A stretch of 64,000 bases of DNA. Origin: Tubulanus polymorphus. Its lineage: Eukaryota > Animalia > Nemertea. Of this stretch, positions 16,607-35,551 are shown in pieces (within the stretch, counting starts at the first letter, position 1; each line of letters opens with the position of its first letter). The translations under genes were made by a program, and so were the position numbers. Below the pieces are notes generated by a model. That model did no database searches. It was not told the DNA's origin and was given only the letters and a program-made list of their open reading frames with translations. The stretch covers positions 1,302,001 through 1,366,000 of the forward strand of contig NC_134034.1 in the NCBI RefSeq assembly GCF_964204645.1. The letters are read 5' to 3'.

Positions 16607-19600
16607 TTAGGCGCCTTGTTTGAGTTCGGACGGTGGAGCGGATCTCGGAGGTGGGGTTACATCACGTGTCGTAGAACAACAACCGCCGACTGATCGCTTC
16701 TGATCCGAGCTAAACTGATCAATAAACGTCGTCTACAAATTAGAAATAAACAATATATTCAAATCAAACAATTATGATGAACAGTTATTTTCAGGATCAT
16801 CAATATTCATCCGATATAAGTGATTATCCGACTTTCGCTGATCCGCGACTTACGCAAGGTTGGGTACTACACAAATTCATAATCATATCCCTTTGCTCGG
16901 AGGTAAAAAAGTAAGCTATACCATATAAAACCGTATCCATACGCGGGAACCAATCGGCGGGCAGTATAGCCAGCGAAAGTAGCGCGTATGATGACGTATA
17001 TGCAAATTACGAACCTTTTTATCTTTAGATCTTTGCGCGGTGCGATATAAACACTCAAATATGGCGACGACGACCGCTACGATAACACCGAGCACCAGAA
17101 TGACGAAGGCTCCTCGTATTTCAGACACCCCGATGTTTAAATGACGGGGAAATTCGTCTGCATCGTCGTCCACTCGCGGGCATTCGTTCGAGTGAAACCA
17201 TTTCTGGTAGAGTTGATGCAACCTTCCATTTTCGATTAATTTCAACAGAGCCAAGTTGACCAAGTCCTTGTATGGGGATCCTTTCAAAGATTTGAAAAAG
17301 TTGATTTGAAAATAATTATTCATTCGATAGGTCCAGGTTTTTTTCTTACCATTCAACCATGCCATCATCCTCGCTTACCAGGGTTTGCGTAGATGTGTTG
17401 GGCGGATAAGTTTTCATTCAGCGGCCATCAGTATCTCTAACCAATCAGATGCGTTGTATTGATAGAGAGATTCTGCCGGTGAAAAGAACGCATCTCAGAC
17501 TGGTGGCTGCTGTTGAGCGGCGTAATAGACGTCCAATGAAGGGGCTTGTGGTCGCGGTTTGTGTTGGCGTGAACTTCAGCGGGAAGCCCTGGCAAGCGAG
17601 GATGTATGCCACCAGCTAGCAAGGCAAGTTTAAACCTAAATCTAGATTTCAGCCGCCCACGTAAAACATTAGGTTTACACAGATCGATCATGGATAGCCA
17701 TGACACCAGCCATCCAGGTTTGCATCCCCGCGACGCGCGAGGATCTCATTGCATATTTACCTTTCGGGAAAGCGATACCAAAAGCCTTCGAATCGAGAAG
17801 ACCTCCAACTTTCATCAAGGAGCAAGGTTTCTTCTGAACGACGTAATCGATCATCGTTGATTCGGTGATAAAGGCGTAATTTCCTCTTCTGGCGCGTTCG
17901 AATCCGTCTTTATTCGTATTTACGAATACAGACGGCTCATGCGAGCTCATAAACTGCCACATCTTCTGGTAAACAGTTATCCTTGACTGCAATGGACACC
18001 AATAGATTCGGTTATTAGTAATTTACTCTTTTATAAAGAATTGTATACAGATTATTTGTCTACTACAGGAAAGTGGAAAAGAAGTAGAAACGTTTTTTTG
18101 GTAAAGCCATACACTTGTGTTCCCTGCATTGTTTTCACGGCTACACGGACATCATCATTACAGCTTTTCCCAAGGAAGAATCAAATTGTATCTTAATCCT
18201 AAATAGCATTTATCGCCTTATACAGAAACTTCTCCGGTATTTCGGGGTTCTTTGATATTTCTCCAACTACATTATAGGCCTAATCCGTCCTCCTTTCCAG
18301 CTGTTCTCTAGGGATGGGGAAACCCACCATCTTGAAAGAAATGTTCTTTCCGAGCTAAAATTTCAAGTCTTTATTTTGACTCATCTTCAATGATATTGGA
18401 ACTTCAAAACGTCATTAGAAACTCGATAAAGGGGACGCTAGTTCTACATGAAGGGTTTCTGATTTTAAAAGATTGAAAATCATTACTGTTTTGAAGAAAG
18501 CCATCGTTGAACCGCCAGCTATTGTTCCGTATTTTATTTTGGTCTGAGCTGCGAGGTCAGATGCACTCTGTACGGTTGGTTTCAGCGTACTGTTGGAAAC
18601 GACCCCGATTATTGAGGAGAGCGAAGCCACATAGGTGGCAAATACAAAAAATGAAAATATCCACCAGACGGCGCTGACTATACGAACTGATAACGAGATT
18701 GGTGTCAAACCTGTAAATGAATAAACTAAATCAATCTCATGTACAAAACAGTTTTGATAACACAATTGTCTTTAGTACAGGGCGTTTAAGAAGAGTGTGG
18801 CTTCAATAATCTGCTATGACTGCTTTGTGGCCATTTTGAACAGCCAAATTAATTACAATTATTTACAATCAAATCCTCGCTTAATATATAGGCTTAAGGG
18901 CCATGAGCTTGACCGGATTCATTGTAAGTCAGGGCCAACGCGGATTTTTCAGATAGCTGCCTTGTGGCAATTTATGCTTTGAAACAATTTACCAGCTTTG
19001 CCCGGAAATCCGAACAGAAACCAAGCGCTGTTGAGGCACGAGAATGCGTTTCGTTCCTCGATATCGGAGTTTGGGTTTTGTTGCCACTCTGTGAATCTGC
19101 CGAGTAGGAATAGTATGAAACTCATAACGGCGTACGCGATAACTATAAACACCCAAACCTCCGCCTCAAACGGGGCCAATATTGCGAACATCGACGACTG
19201 GCGCTCCCTGGTGGGTTTCCGCATAACTATAGTAGTGCCGAGATTCAAATAAGGTTTGCTGAAATCGACAACTTGTGATCTCATGTAGGTTATTGTTAAA
19301 GGTGCAGCCGACATATCCACTGTCTGAAATAACGAAACAATTTTTTAAAATAATTCTTACGTCTTCAGATCTTGCTGCAGGTAAACTCTGGACCAGGTTT
19401 TATCGACAGACAAGATATGCAAATAACTTCACGGCAGTGCAGCATGCATAATGTAAATTACTTAGCAACATTGTATACATTATGCAAATTACTTAACGAC
19501 TAAATCTACAGTATGCAAATTACTGGACGCCAGTGCCTGCAGTATATACACATCAACTGATTATCATCTATAGATATGAAAATTTCCTATACGACAATTA

Positions 19601-21275
19601 ACTTTCACATATGCAAATTACTTTTACGAGAGTTCCTAGAAGAAATATGCAAATTACCTTGTTGATTAGTTCGCCAATCATCCCGTTCCATTTGCCGTCT
19701 GGCGTGAGAGCCCCGTATCTCCCGTCGGCGACTAACTTCAATTTGTACTTGAAACCGACTTCATCAGCGAGAGCGTTCACTAAATCAACGATATATCCTT
19801 CAAAAGTCCCGGCAGAAGTTATCATCAGAAACGGTTCCGACTGAATCAAATAAATCATACATTTTTACAATGAACTATTTATCACATTAAGGCGGCCATC
19901 TTGGATCTCGCGCAATTTTGATGGACCACACGGGACTTTAATATCAAGATGGCCGCTGTTATGTGAAATAAGACTGGTGTCACTTACGAGAATTGTTGTG
20001 ATTTTCAGTTCGTCCCCAGGCTCTGAAAACACGGAAAAACTCACAATGAAACATGTTAGTAAAAACTGACGATACTCGGAGGTTGGTTTAAATTCTTTTC
20101 TTTACGCCCGCCTTCCTCGAGGAAAAGATCGTTAAAACCTACTGCAAACTTAACACTGATGATTCTGACCGGAAATTGCATGTTTTCCTATGCATTTGTA
20201 TTTTCAAAGATTCCAAACACCTAAAGGGAGACCCTGTGCCTTCACCGAGAGGGAGACCCTGCGCCTTCAACGAGAGGGAGACCCTGCGCCTTCAACGAGA
20301 GGGAGGGAGACCATGCGCCTTCACCGAGAGGGAGGGAGACCCTGTGCCTTCACCGAGAGGGAGGGAGACCCTGCGCCTTCACCGAGAGGGAGACCCTGTG
20401 CCTTTAACGAGAGGAAGGGAGACCCTGCGCCTTCACCGAGACGGGAGACCCTGTGCCTTTAACGAGAGGAAGGGAGACCCTGTGCCTTTAACTAGAGGAA
20501 GGGAGACCCTGCACCTTTAACGACAGGGAGACCCTGCGCCGTGGCTGCTTTATCCTAGAAAATCCCGCTTGTTTTTCATTTGAACCCTGCCTTCAAGTTT
20601 AACCTATCATCGATCCACCCCTGTTAGCATCCATAGTTTTCCCGGCTTTTAAAATTTGTATATATACATAAGTAACTTAATGACAGCTTTCCCATTTCGG
20701 CGTTGGCATGTAGGAACAATTAAGCATGGAAATCAATTAACTGCAAATAAAAATACCAGACATCCAGTGTTTATTGTTTGGCGTGAAACCTGGAGAGTAG
20801 CCTTATATACTTTGACTGATAACTACAGCCATTTGGTGTCTGTTCTAGAGTTCTAACAGTCACAAACAGTTGTCGGAGTATGTGAAGGGTTGATGATTGT
20901 TATTCCGACAAACTAAACAGTTTGAAACAAGTATAATGTAACAACATTTATTATGTCTACGACGCCCCGCGATTAGTCGGATATACCAAGAATAGATAAA
21001 GAAATACATCATCACAGGTTTTATGGACTGTTGCAGCTGTAGTTTGCCCTCAGAAATTTAGGAACAAGTGATTGGCTTTAATTGACTTTATGCAAACATA
21101 TCCAATAGAACTGCCATTTTTAAAAGATCCTCTGCGGCGCTGAATTTGTTAAAGCTGCATAAAATACTAGGAAACTTTTTAGAGAGAACTTACTTGGTGT
21201 CGCCTGAGCTGCAGTCATCGAGGTCGCTGTCACCATCAGTAACAGAAAACTAACCAACAAATTCATTGCATCCAT
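16607..21275 (-). CDS. Ionotropic glutamate receptor family subunit (AMPA/kainate-like ligand-binding domain, no amino-terminal domain), 490 aa
   Basis: Exons 21275-21194, 20022-19988, 19840-19658, 19323-18993, 18710-18487, 17986-17761, 17280-17015 and 16732-16607 total 1473 nt in frame. Signal peptide MDAMNLLVSFLLLMVTATSMTAA; S1 ELKITTILSEPFLM...FEGYIVDL...DGRYG...WNGMIGEL...APLTITYMRSQVVDFSKPY; M1-M3; S2 YGTIAGGSTMAFFK...YQKMW...YAFITEST...KPC...VGGLLDSKAFGIA...GSPYKD...KWF...C; M4 IRGAFVILVLG. Confidence 0.9.
17366..17604. mobile_element. hAT-like MITE in an iGluR intron
   Basis: 18-bp TIRs catcctcgcttaccaggg and ccctggcaagcgaggatg; degenerate 8-bp flanks catgccat and tatgccac. Confidence 0.65.
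20224..20540. repeat. 25-29-bp minisatellite in iGluR intron 1
   Basis: About 11 copies of gggagaccctg(t/c)gccttca(c/a)cgaga(ggga). Confidence 0.9.
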
Positions 21276-22876
21276 TTTATAAAATCACGATCCAACTTCA
21301 CGCAACGAATCGTGATGTTTACTCGATTATATATATTTATAGTTTGTAGCGCGCAGTCTCTCTCTATATCCACGGTTTATCCACGGTTTATCCACGGTTT
21401 ATCCCAGGTAATATATAGATACTGTGTGTTGAACGCAGCCGCGTCAAACAGTGAGGTAAACCCGCCGCGGGTTCATGCTGAGATAACAATACTCAATTGG
21501 GTTAACGCTGCTACTGCTGCTGCTGCTGCTGTTGTTGTTTTTTGAAAAGTAGGACGAACATCAACGGAAATAAGTATTTATCGAAAATTGCGGTCACACA
21601 ATAATTAAAGTCAATCGTTTCTGTCCCGCGCGGTCGCAGACGCAATCTGGCGAGGGGTCCGGAAAACGGTGACGACTTTAATACTATAACTCGGGAGCTG
21701 AGTAATTCAGTTTGTATCATTTGTTTGTTTTGCTTTTAGTCGCTTGGATCTTGGATCCAAGACTTGAACGCTATTAGACTATTCATTTAATCTAACGTCG
21801 GGACGCGGCCTTTGAAATGTTGCCCGCACACTGTAAGAAGCCGGCAGGACTCGGACCCGTCCAGACATCTAGATCAACGACTGTACCGTCAGGTGCTGCC
21901 GCGATGCACGATGTTGGCGGGTCTTTCATAAACTAACGTGAAAAGGAACCATTCCGACACAGGCAATCGAGTTCGATTAACTGCTAACAACTTGATGAAA
22001 CGATTGAAAAGTTTTAACGTTTCAAAAAAGACTGACGTATAAATTATAAACTAGGACAATTTACTAATGTTCATACAGGTGAAAAATTTCTATAAACATA
22101 AATTGAACAATTAACAATAACAATTGAAGAGTTATAACATGATGATGAACATGTATGTCGTTTTATTCCTATGACAACTATTATACGCATCTAAATGACA
22201 GGTATTATAATCAAAGAATTTATCAGATAAGTTCCTAGTGAACAAACACGTGAACTGCATAGCAAAAACAGTTCAACATAAAAGCATTAATCCGAGAGAT
22301 AAAACTACGAATTCACTCTAAAAAGCTTAAGATTAACAAATCCATCTTAAATTTCATTTTAATTGACATTATTTTCTAAGAGAAAAATATAATTTTGCAA
22401 AATTTGCCTCGCCTTAACTTTAAGATTTTCAAATATAATAAATTCGCTTGAAATAAGTATTCTGACGTTTTTTCTTCCAGCTTTAAAAAACATCAAAATA
22501 ATTACACTATCAATAAAAATCAACAATGATATCGATAATTCAGGTCTTCCATGATTTTTTATTTGCATACACTCGGATTTGCACAATAAACGCCGTAATT
22601 TTATTGATTTGGCTCTTCTCAAGGTCGTCGACCGCATTACACCCACCTTACTGCTATCATTTCAACCTTTCAACTTTCGATTCGAGGTAAAAAACCTCTA
22701 ATAATATTTCATTCCTACCTTTGAGATAAAGATTATCCGAGTTGTTACTAAGATATCTCTCTAATTTTAAATCAAACGATTCTCGAAAATGTTTTTAGGG
22801 TTTGTTAAATTATGATAAATCGTAATTTTCCTCATGATCAATTTAAAAAATATCGGTTTTTTCAATTTCAGATCAG

Positions 22877-28522
<5,646 letters not shown>

Positions 28523-30729
28523 GTGGCGTTGTGGTGTTGTTCTATAGGACTATAGTTTGTGCGTTGGCCTTTAGGGGGCGTGGTGCACCGTAATGTTCAA
28601 AATGTCACGAACTGCTGTAGATTTACTTAAAAAATGATCATAGATTGGTGATTTATATTTTAATGAATAAATTATTGAATGTAATTCAATTTCTTTTTTC
28701 TCAGATTTTCAAAGTCATTATCCTCGATTGCCTCAGTAGCATTCTCGGCTCCAGATTAACCCACCAGAGGCTGAAATACCCTAAAATGCCCACAGAGGTC
28801 GGGCTCTTATTTGAAGCTTGGGGTGAATAGTTAGATGTGTTAATCCGGTGTAGTTAAAAAAACGAGATTGATAGTTCCTAATCAGTATTAATAAACCGGG
28901 TTCGAACCTTGGACACCCTTCTCAACGCAGCATCCAGAAAATTCAAAATTAGTATCGCATCTTATGGAGGCACAATTTCCAGATATTTTCGCTAGATGGC
29001 GCATGCGAAGAGTGGTTAATCGCGAAACTTCGCAGTTGACAATTCCTGAAAGTTAGTCGTTCAGCGAAATTCCAATAGATGGCGACTTTACTCGCCTAAC
29101 GGATTATGCAAATCTATGCAAATAAAACGAATTTTGGATTCGAATCCATGAAATTAAGCGGGATTACAAACTCTCTACCGGCCGCTTCATTAAGGTTCAC
29201 AGATTGCGTTTTTCTGGATTAGCTAGAGTGCGCGTTTTCTTGTCGAAACGAACACGACGGAATCGGTAGAGATCAATTAAAAACTGCCTATAACCCCCTT
29301 TATTCATAACAGTAATTAATTTCTCCATTAAACACAGGAAATTCGCGCATTAATGATTAATCCAGAGGACACATATTGCGCATGGGCGCGTACTGGTGTA
29401 TTCTAGGCAGACACCTGTATGATTACTGTAGGTAACAGTAAACTATGAATCTATAAACGCGACAACAAAACTCGTAGGCAGACAACATAGACCCCGCGCG
29501 CGCGTGACACTGGCGCAGACGGATTTCTGGAACTATCTTCAGGAATCACTTCTTTCGTACCAAAGGTAAACGCGACACAACGCGGCTTGTATTAGAAGAT
29601 ATGAATATAGATGAATGAATGAATGAATTTATTTTCCCAAATATATGAACATCAGGGGCCGGTTGCTCAAAAGTTGGTTAAAGATAACCAGCGGATAAAT
29701 ACCATAGTAACGATGAACCTTTAATTGTCGCTATGTCAACTATCCACTGGTTAACTCTAACCAACTTTAAAGCAACTGCAGCCCTAGAATTTTTTAAAAA
29801 ATGTGTAGATTTTATTTAATCAGAAATCATTAAAGAATCACTCTATGTTGTAACGTCCAAAAAAGAATGAAAAATGAGTTTTCCTTTGGATACTTAGTTT
29901 CATTTGTATATTTGTAGTCATCGTTTAGGAATACTGAATACCTGTACTATCCATGATAAATATCCTACATTCAGCATGAAAATGAATTGCATTTTATTCA
30001 AAGTTTTGACAATGTCCAAATAGCCATTTTCGCAAATACTGTTATGAAAAAATACGCGTTATTGCTAAATAAAATACTTACTACAAAGGAAACATTTTGG
30101 ACTCTATTTTGTTTTCTTAACGTGCGATTCTAAATTACAGGAATTTTTACGGCCGATACAACTCATGTATATATACACTTTTCTAGAATTACCTTCTTGG
30201 TGTTGAAAATTGTATACGTAAGATTTTCATATTGTGTTCAAAAGATTAAACGAAATAATTTATCCCCCCCCCACAAATCGACCCAAGACAAAAAATGAAA
30301 AGAATTCGAAGATTATTTCTGTACTTTTGAAAATACGAGATAAGATAAGAACCTGAACATACGGGTATATGTGGATTTACTCTTATTAAGAAAAAAGATT
30401 TACCAAAGGATTATTTTTAATATGGAACCTGTTTAAAGTATAACGCAGCTTTATAACGCTATGTAATGTAAACACCTGTTGAGTTGTTCAGTTCATTATT
30501 TCAACATAAAGCGATTGAAAATATGTCTTTGTCGAAAATACTCAGCGGGTGTTTTAGAAATAATAAGACAATGAAAGCCTCTTGCCGTTATACACGGACT
30601 ATCAGCTATAGAACACCCATTTACACAGTTATGAGTTAGATTCAACTGTAAATAGGTCAAAATTACTTTTAGTCACGTATTTTCATCTAAGAACCTGGTT
30701 TAATGTTCCACATGGTTTAATGTGTCTTT

Positions 30730-31210
30730 GGATCCAGTTCCACAATTGCACAGTCTGTGTGGGTTTAATTTGAGCTCCACAGTTGTGTGGGTTTAATTTG
30801 ACTCTGAACCCAGTTCCACAGTTGTGTGGGTTTAATTGTACTCTGAACCCAGTTCCACAGTTGTGTGGATTTAATTGTACTCTGAACCCAGTTCCACAGT
30901 TGTGTGGGTTTAATTGTACTCTGAACCCAGTTCCACAGTTGTGTGGGTTTAATTGTACTCTGAACCCAGTTCCACAGTTGTGTGGGTTTAATTGTACTCT
31001 GAACCCAGTTCCACAGTTGTGTGGGTTTAATTGTACTCTGAACCCAGTTCCACAGTTGTGTGGGTTTAATTGTACTCTGAACCCAGTTCCACAGTTGTGT
31101 GGGTTTAATTGTACTCTGAACCCAGTTCCACAGTTGTGTGGGTTTAATTTGACTCTAGATCCAGTTCCACAGTGTGTAGTTTAATTGATATCAGACTCTG
31201 AACCCAGTGG
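30730..31210 (+). repeat. 39-bp minisatellite, family B
   Basis: About 11 copies of ccagttccacagttgtgtgggtttaattgtactctgaac. Confidence 0.95.
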
Positions 31211-31569
31211 CCAGGCTAAAAACATAACCACGATACTCATATTCAGGCGGTCATTATTTTGAATTCATTCCTTAGTTTTGTCTAATACTCGAACTTTAGA
31301 AATTGTCACTGTTACCGACCCTTGAACTCTAGTATAGACTTTATACACACCTGTAATATTTATCTGGTCAATAAACTGTTAAATATATACGCGCAGCACC
31401 GCATTTAGAAGAATTATATTAGCTATTCTGATATAATTTAATATCAGCAGTACCGGGAAACAAGCTCATCCGGTGGTCAAACCGCGATACCTTAACGGTG
31501 GGCCACGTACTGTGTATCTGAATACATCAGCAGGTAATAAATATATTAGTCAAAATTACTGTGGTAAAT

Positions 31570-31940
31570 GATGCTCCATTACGGCAATTGAAGGTCCGCT
31601 TGGAGCGCTAGTGTGAAGTCAGTCTTCCAAGCGCGTTGAAAATGCTACTGTGGCAATCGAAAATCCACTAGGGGCGTCAGTGCCGTGGAATGAACTTTCT
31701 TTACATTATCGGAGAATAGGCAGTTCTACTGTGGCAATGGAGGATCCACTTGGGGCGCTAGTGGGAAGTGTGTCTTCAATGCATACTGACAAGGCTACTT
31801 AGTCGTGGATCCGGTAGGATCGCAAGTGTCGTGGGATCAAAATTGAAGAATTTGCAATCCTGCTACGGTGACAGACATTAGTTGTTAGTCTTGTATATCC
31901 TACTGTGGCGACCGAGGATCGACGAGGGGGAGTTACTAGT
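31570..31940 (+). repeat. Dispersed, degenerate tandem repeat, family G
   Basis: Core ctgtggcaatcgaggatcc(a/g)ctaggggcgctagtg. Relatives at ~34135-34395 (reverse), ~42927-43105 and ~43675-43990 (80-bp tandem units). Confidence 0.7.
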
Positions 31941-32060
31941 TTGTCGGCATGGAGAAGAAGTAACCGCCAGCGAACCTGATGGATCCCCGATTACCAAAGG
32001 CGATGGCCAGTGCAAGATTGCCTTTTTACACCTCTGTCTATTTGTTCTTGCTTGCAGGTG

Positions 32061-34027
32061 ATGGATTCAGAAGATGGAGATCGAGATGCAACGTTTGAGA
32101 ACGGAGGCGAAACTTGCGTCGTTTCCAAGGGAGATAACGGTCAACGTAAGAAACGAAATTCAAACACCTCATGCTCGCTTGACGATACCGAACTCACTAC
32201 AATAAACCCGTTTGGATTCAGCTCGCAGACGGCATATAACGCTAAGGAGAACTTACTAAAATGTCGCAGCGACACCTATCTGATTCGTCACGAACCACCG
32301 GATGTGGATATTTGGTCGCGAAAGCCACCCGACTTCCGGCCGCAGAGTTTCGCACCGAAACCGCCGCCTAGGAATTCACGGGAAGCTATGAAACCGTGGC
32401 GCTACACGAACGCCTCTGACGGCTATTACAACTGGAGGTTGTCGGAAAAACGCGACGGTCTCGTGCTGCCGAGTTTACTGCGACCCTCCTGGCAGGATCC
32501 CAGACCGAAATTCCGCACCAAGTTCGATTTTCCCGACCCCCACGAGGCGCGCGTCGATGCCGTCAAAACTAAAACCTTCAAACAGGGACCGTATACAAAC
32601 CCTAAACCCCACGACCACCGAGGGGTGAGTTCACAATTCCCAAAGAGAACGGGAATGAAAATATGGATTTCATGAGAATTTCGTGAAATATTTAAAAATC
32701 AATTTCATTCATAATCAATTCATCTGTTTTTTGTTTGTTTGCAGTTGCCGCCAATTTCTCAACTAGGACTCGACGAATTTCTCACAGACTACGAACGCGA
32801 TCCGTTTAACATCAAATTCGAATCGCAACGACTTCACACGAGTAAGTATAGACACTCACTCACCGGTACACTGTTCTAGAATTTCAGAATAATAATTCGC
32901 CTCCTTTTGACATGACCAGGGTTCGGTTCCGTTTGATGAAAAGGTTTGTGTGGCTTTTGGTAGAAAATGTTAGAAAGTTTAAATTGTTGTCCACATCGAA
33001 ACAAACATAAAGTTGATTTTAAAAACAAATATATTCAAGTTAACATTTTTCGGAAATCTGGGACCATAACGCCATCATGGTTATTGTGAGGATGATGTGT
33101 TAGTTGGAGATCAGGGGCCAGTTGCTCAAAAGTTGGTTAAAGATAACCGACCGTTAAATACCATAGTAACAATGAAATTTCAATTGTCACCATATCAACT
33201 ATCCACTGGTTTACTCTAACCAACTTTTGAGCAACAGGCCCGAGTTTTTGATCAGGCAAATCAGTAACAAAAGGAATATAGCATGATTATGTTTTGTTTG
33301 TTTCAGTAATCGGGCCTCCGCCTCAGATTGTACCCCGCCAAGTTCTACCGGGTCGATTCGTGGAACCGGTCGATAAACTAGAGAAGTGGAGCCGACATCT
33401 CATCCTGGATAAAGATCGATATCCGGATAGACCGGGATCGTACACTGTAAGTGCAAGTCGGAACTTAAGGGTTAACATTGCCCTATACACACATACATAC
33501 ACACTAAGCCAAGCTCGCTGAAATTGTCATCCGTACATCAATGGCGTGTCTACCAAATTATGACTTGAAATTGATAAATCTAATTTGCAAATGCAAATGC
33601 TGGAACTCAAAAACAGAGACGCCTTCCTTTGAATGTGATGAAATCCAAATGGAGCGATGCACTCAACCGAGCTTAATTATCGTTACTTAATTTTTGCTGT
33701 CCTAAAGTCCAGATATTCATAGTAGCTCTTTGCATATTTTCTATTTATGATAGTTCCTAGTTTTGGTTTGGGGAATTCTAATGAAAAAGAAAACTGAAAC
33801 AGAAACAAAAACGAAACAAAAACCAAAAGCATTTCGTTTAAAAGTAATTCATGTTTTCTAATTCTATTTCGATACAGCGTTTTCGTCGTCAGAGACCAGC
33901 TCGTAGCGCTTTCCTGAACCGAGTCGAGGAACGGCTCACCTCCGACTGGGCGAGAGAACAGATGGAGCAGGCGTTACTAAATCATCACCACCAGCATCAT
34001 CATCAACAACTCTACGTACCAACATGA
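32061..34027 (+). CDS. Conserved uncharacterized protein, C7orf78-like, 316 aa
   Basis: Exons 32061-32624, 32745-32841, 33307-33446 and 33878-34027 total 951 nt in frame. Motifs DIWSRKPPDF, PKFRTKF, YTNPKPHDHR, TDYERDPFNIKFESQRL and SYTRFRRQR...SAFLNRVEERL resemble my recollection of vertebrate C7orf78; the name needs a search to confirm. Confidence 0.7.
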
Positions 34028-35551
34028 CGTCTTGGGATGGACGAGTATTCTGGACCATGTGTTCCTCTAATTACTTATAATCCTCCTCAGACTTAACCCA
34101 CATTAAATATTGAATTAAGAATGCCAGCATTGTCGATGTCCTACTGTACACTAGCGATACCTGGTGGATCCTCACTTGCCACAACATGAATCCTCTATTG
34201 TTGCCGCTTTATACTAGCGACCCCTGGTTCATCCTCTATTACCATGGGAGGACTCCCTCAATGCTGAAGTACACCTTTAGTTGATTGGTTCTAATGCACA
34301 TTAGCGCACCTGGTGGATACTTAATTGCCAGAGGAGGAATCTTCAACCGTCACAAAATATTTTGGATACCACTAGTAACACCTTGTGGATCCTGTGACCG
34401 TTATACAAAACTGGTTCTAGTTTTCTGGACATTTTTGCCATATGGCATTATTCAACTTGTTTTTTTTTTAGAAATCTTTATTTATTTCGATGTACACTTG
34501 AGAGTGAATGTATTAATCAAGAATAAATACATCATATTACGTTTTCAAAATAACAAAAAAACTTATTCGATTACAGTGGTCGCTTTACTTCTGTTATGGG
34601 CTGATCATTCTCTTACTCTGGATGTTGTGTCTCTGTCCCTCGAGTATATGTCTTAGGAAAACCAAGATCAGAAAACGACGCAGAGCAAGACGAACAGGCA
34701 TAATAGTTACAACCCGTAAATATCTTGTTCATTTTCAATCTACTAAATGTGTCAAAAGTAATTCATCTTGCTAATTAATGTGTGGTAAATACAAGAAGTT
34801 AATGAAAAACAACAGCGGTTCACGTGAATCCGACACACTTATTTTTGACGCCATTACCACAAGTTTCACTAGCCCGTGGTCAGTGCGCCTGCGCAAACTT
34901 TGGGACCGGAGTATCACGCCTTCAAAGTGTAACGGGAATTGGAGGAATTAATTTAATCAATATTAATGAGCTAATTGACGGTTTGTAATTGTGAATTGTT
35001 TTCGCTCGTCTAGCACTGGCAGGCGAGTGTCGTATAGCGTCCATGGTGACGTACAGTACCTGTCATAAATAAATAAAACACATATTTTAGACAGACGTCG
35101 TCTCTATATGACTCACGTAGTACGGATCAGTACTGGTTGTCATTATTAACGTTAAACTAATGAGGTTATTATTGCGAGAAGCGTCGAACAGCTACCGTTT
35201 ATATTCAACAATTCAGAGAGGGACTTAAATAAAAGCGGATATAGGCTACGAACGTGCGTGCGTGCGTGCTTGCGTGCTGTTTGGGATTATATATTTACTG
35301 AGACTCGGTCGACTGTGTGTTAGAAAAAAACATTATCGTTCAGGTAAAAATCTGGAAAAAAAACAATATGCTTCAATCATTTGAATTTATACGGCTATTG
35401 TCGTGTTCAAACGGCAAAATTTTTTTTAAAATTCTCTTGACAAGCACGTATTATCGAGCTACCACGGAATTTGGAAGTGACCAAATCCGATATTCAGCGT
35501 CCCCTAGTGACCATTCTTTTTTTTTTACGACGAACAGGTTCTGAACAGAAA

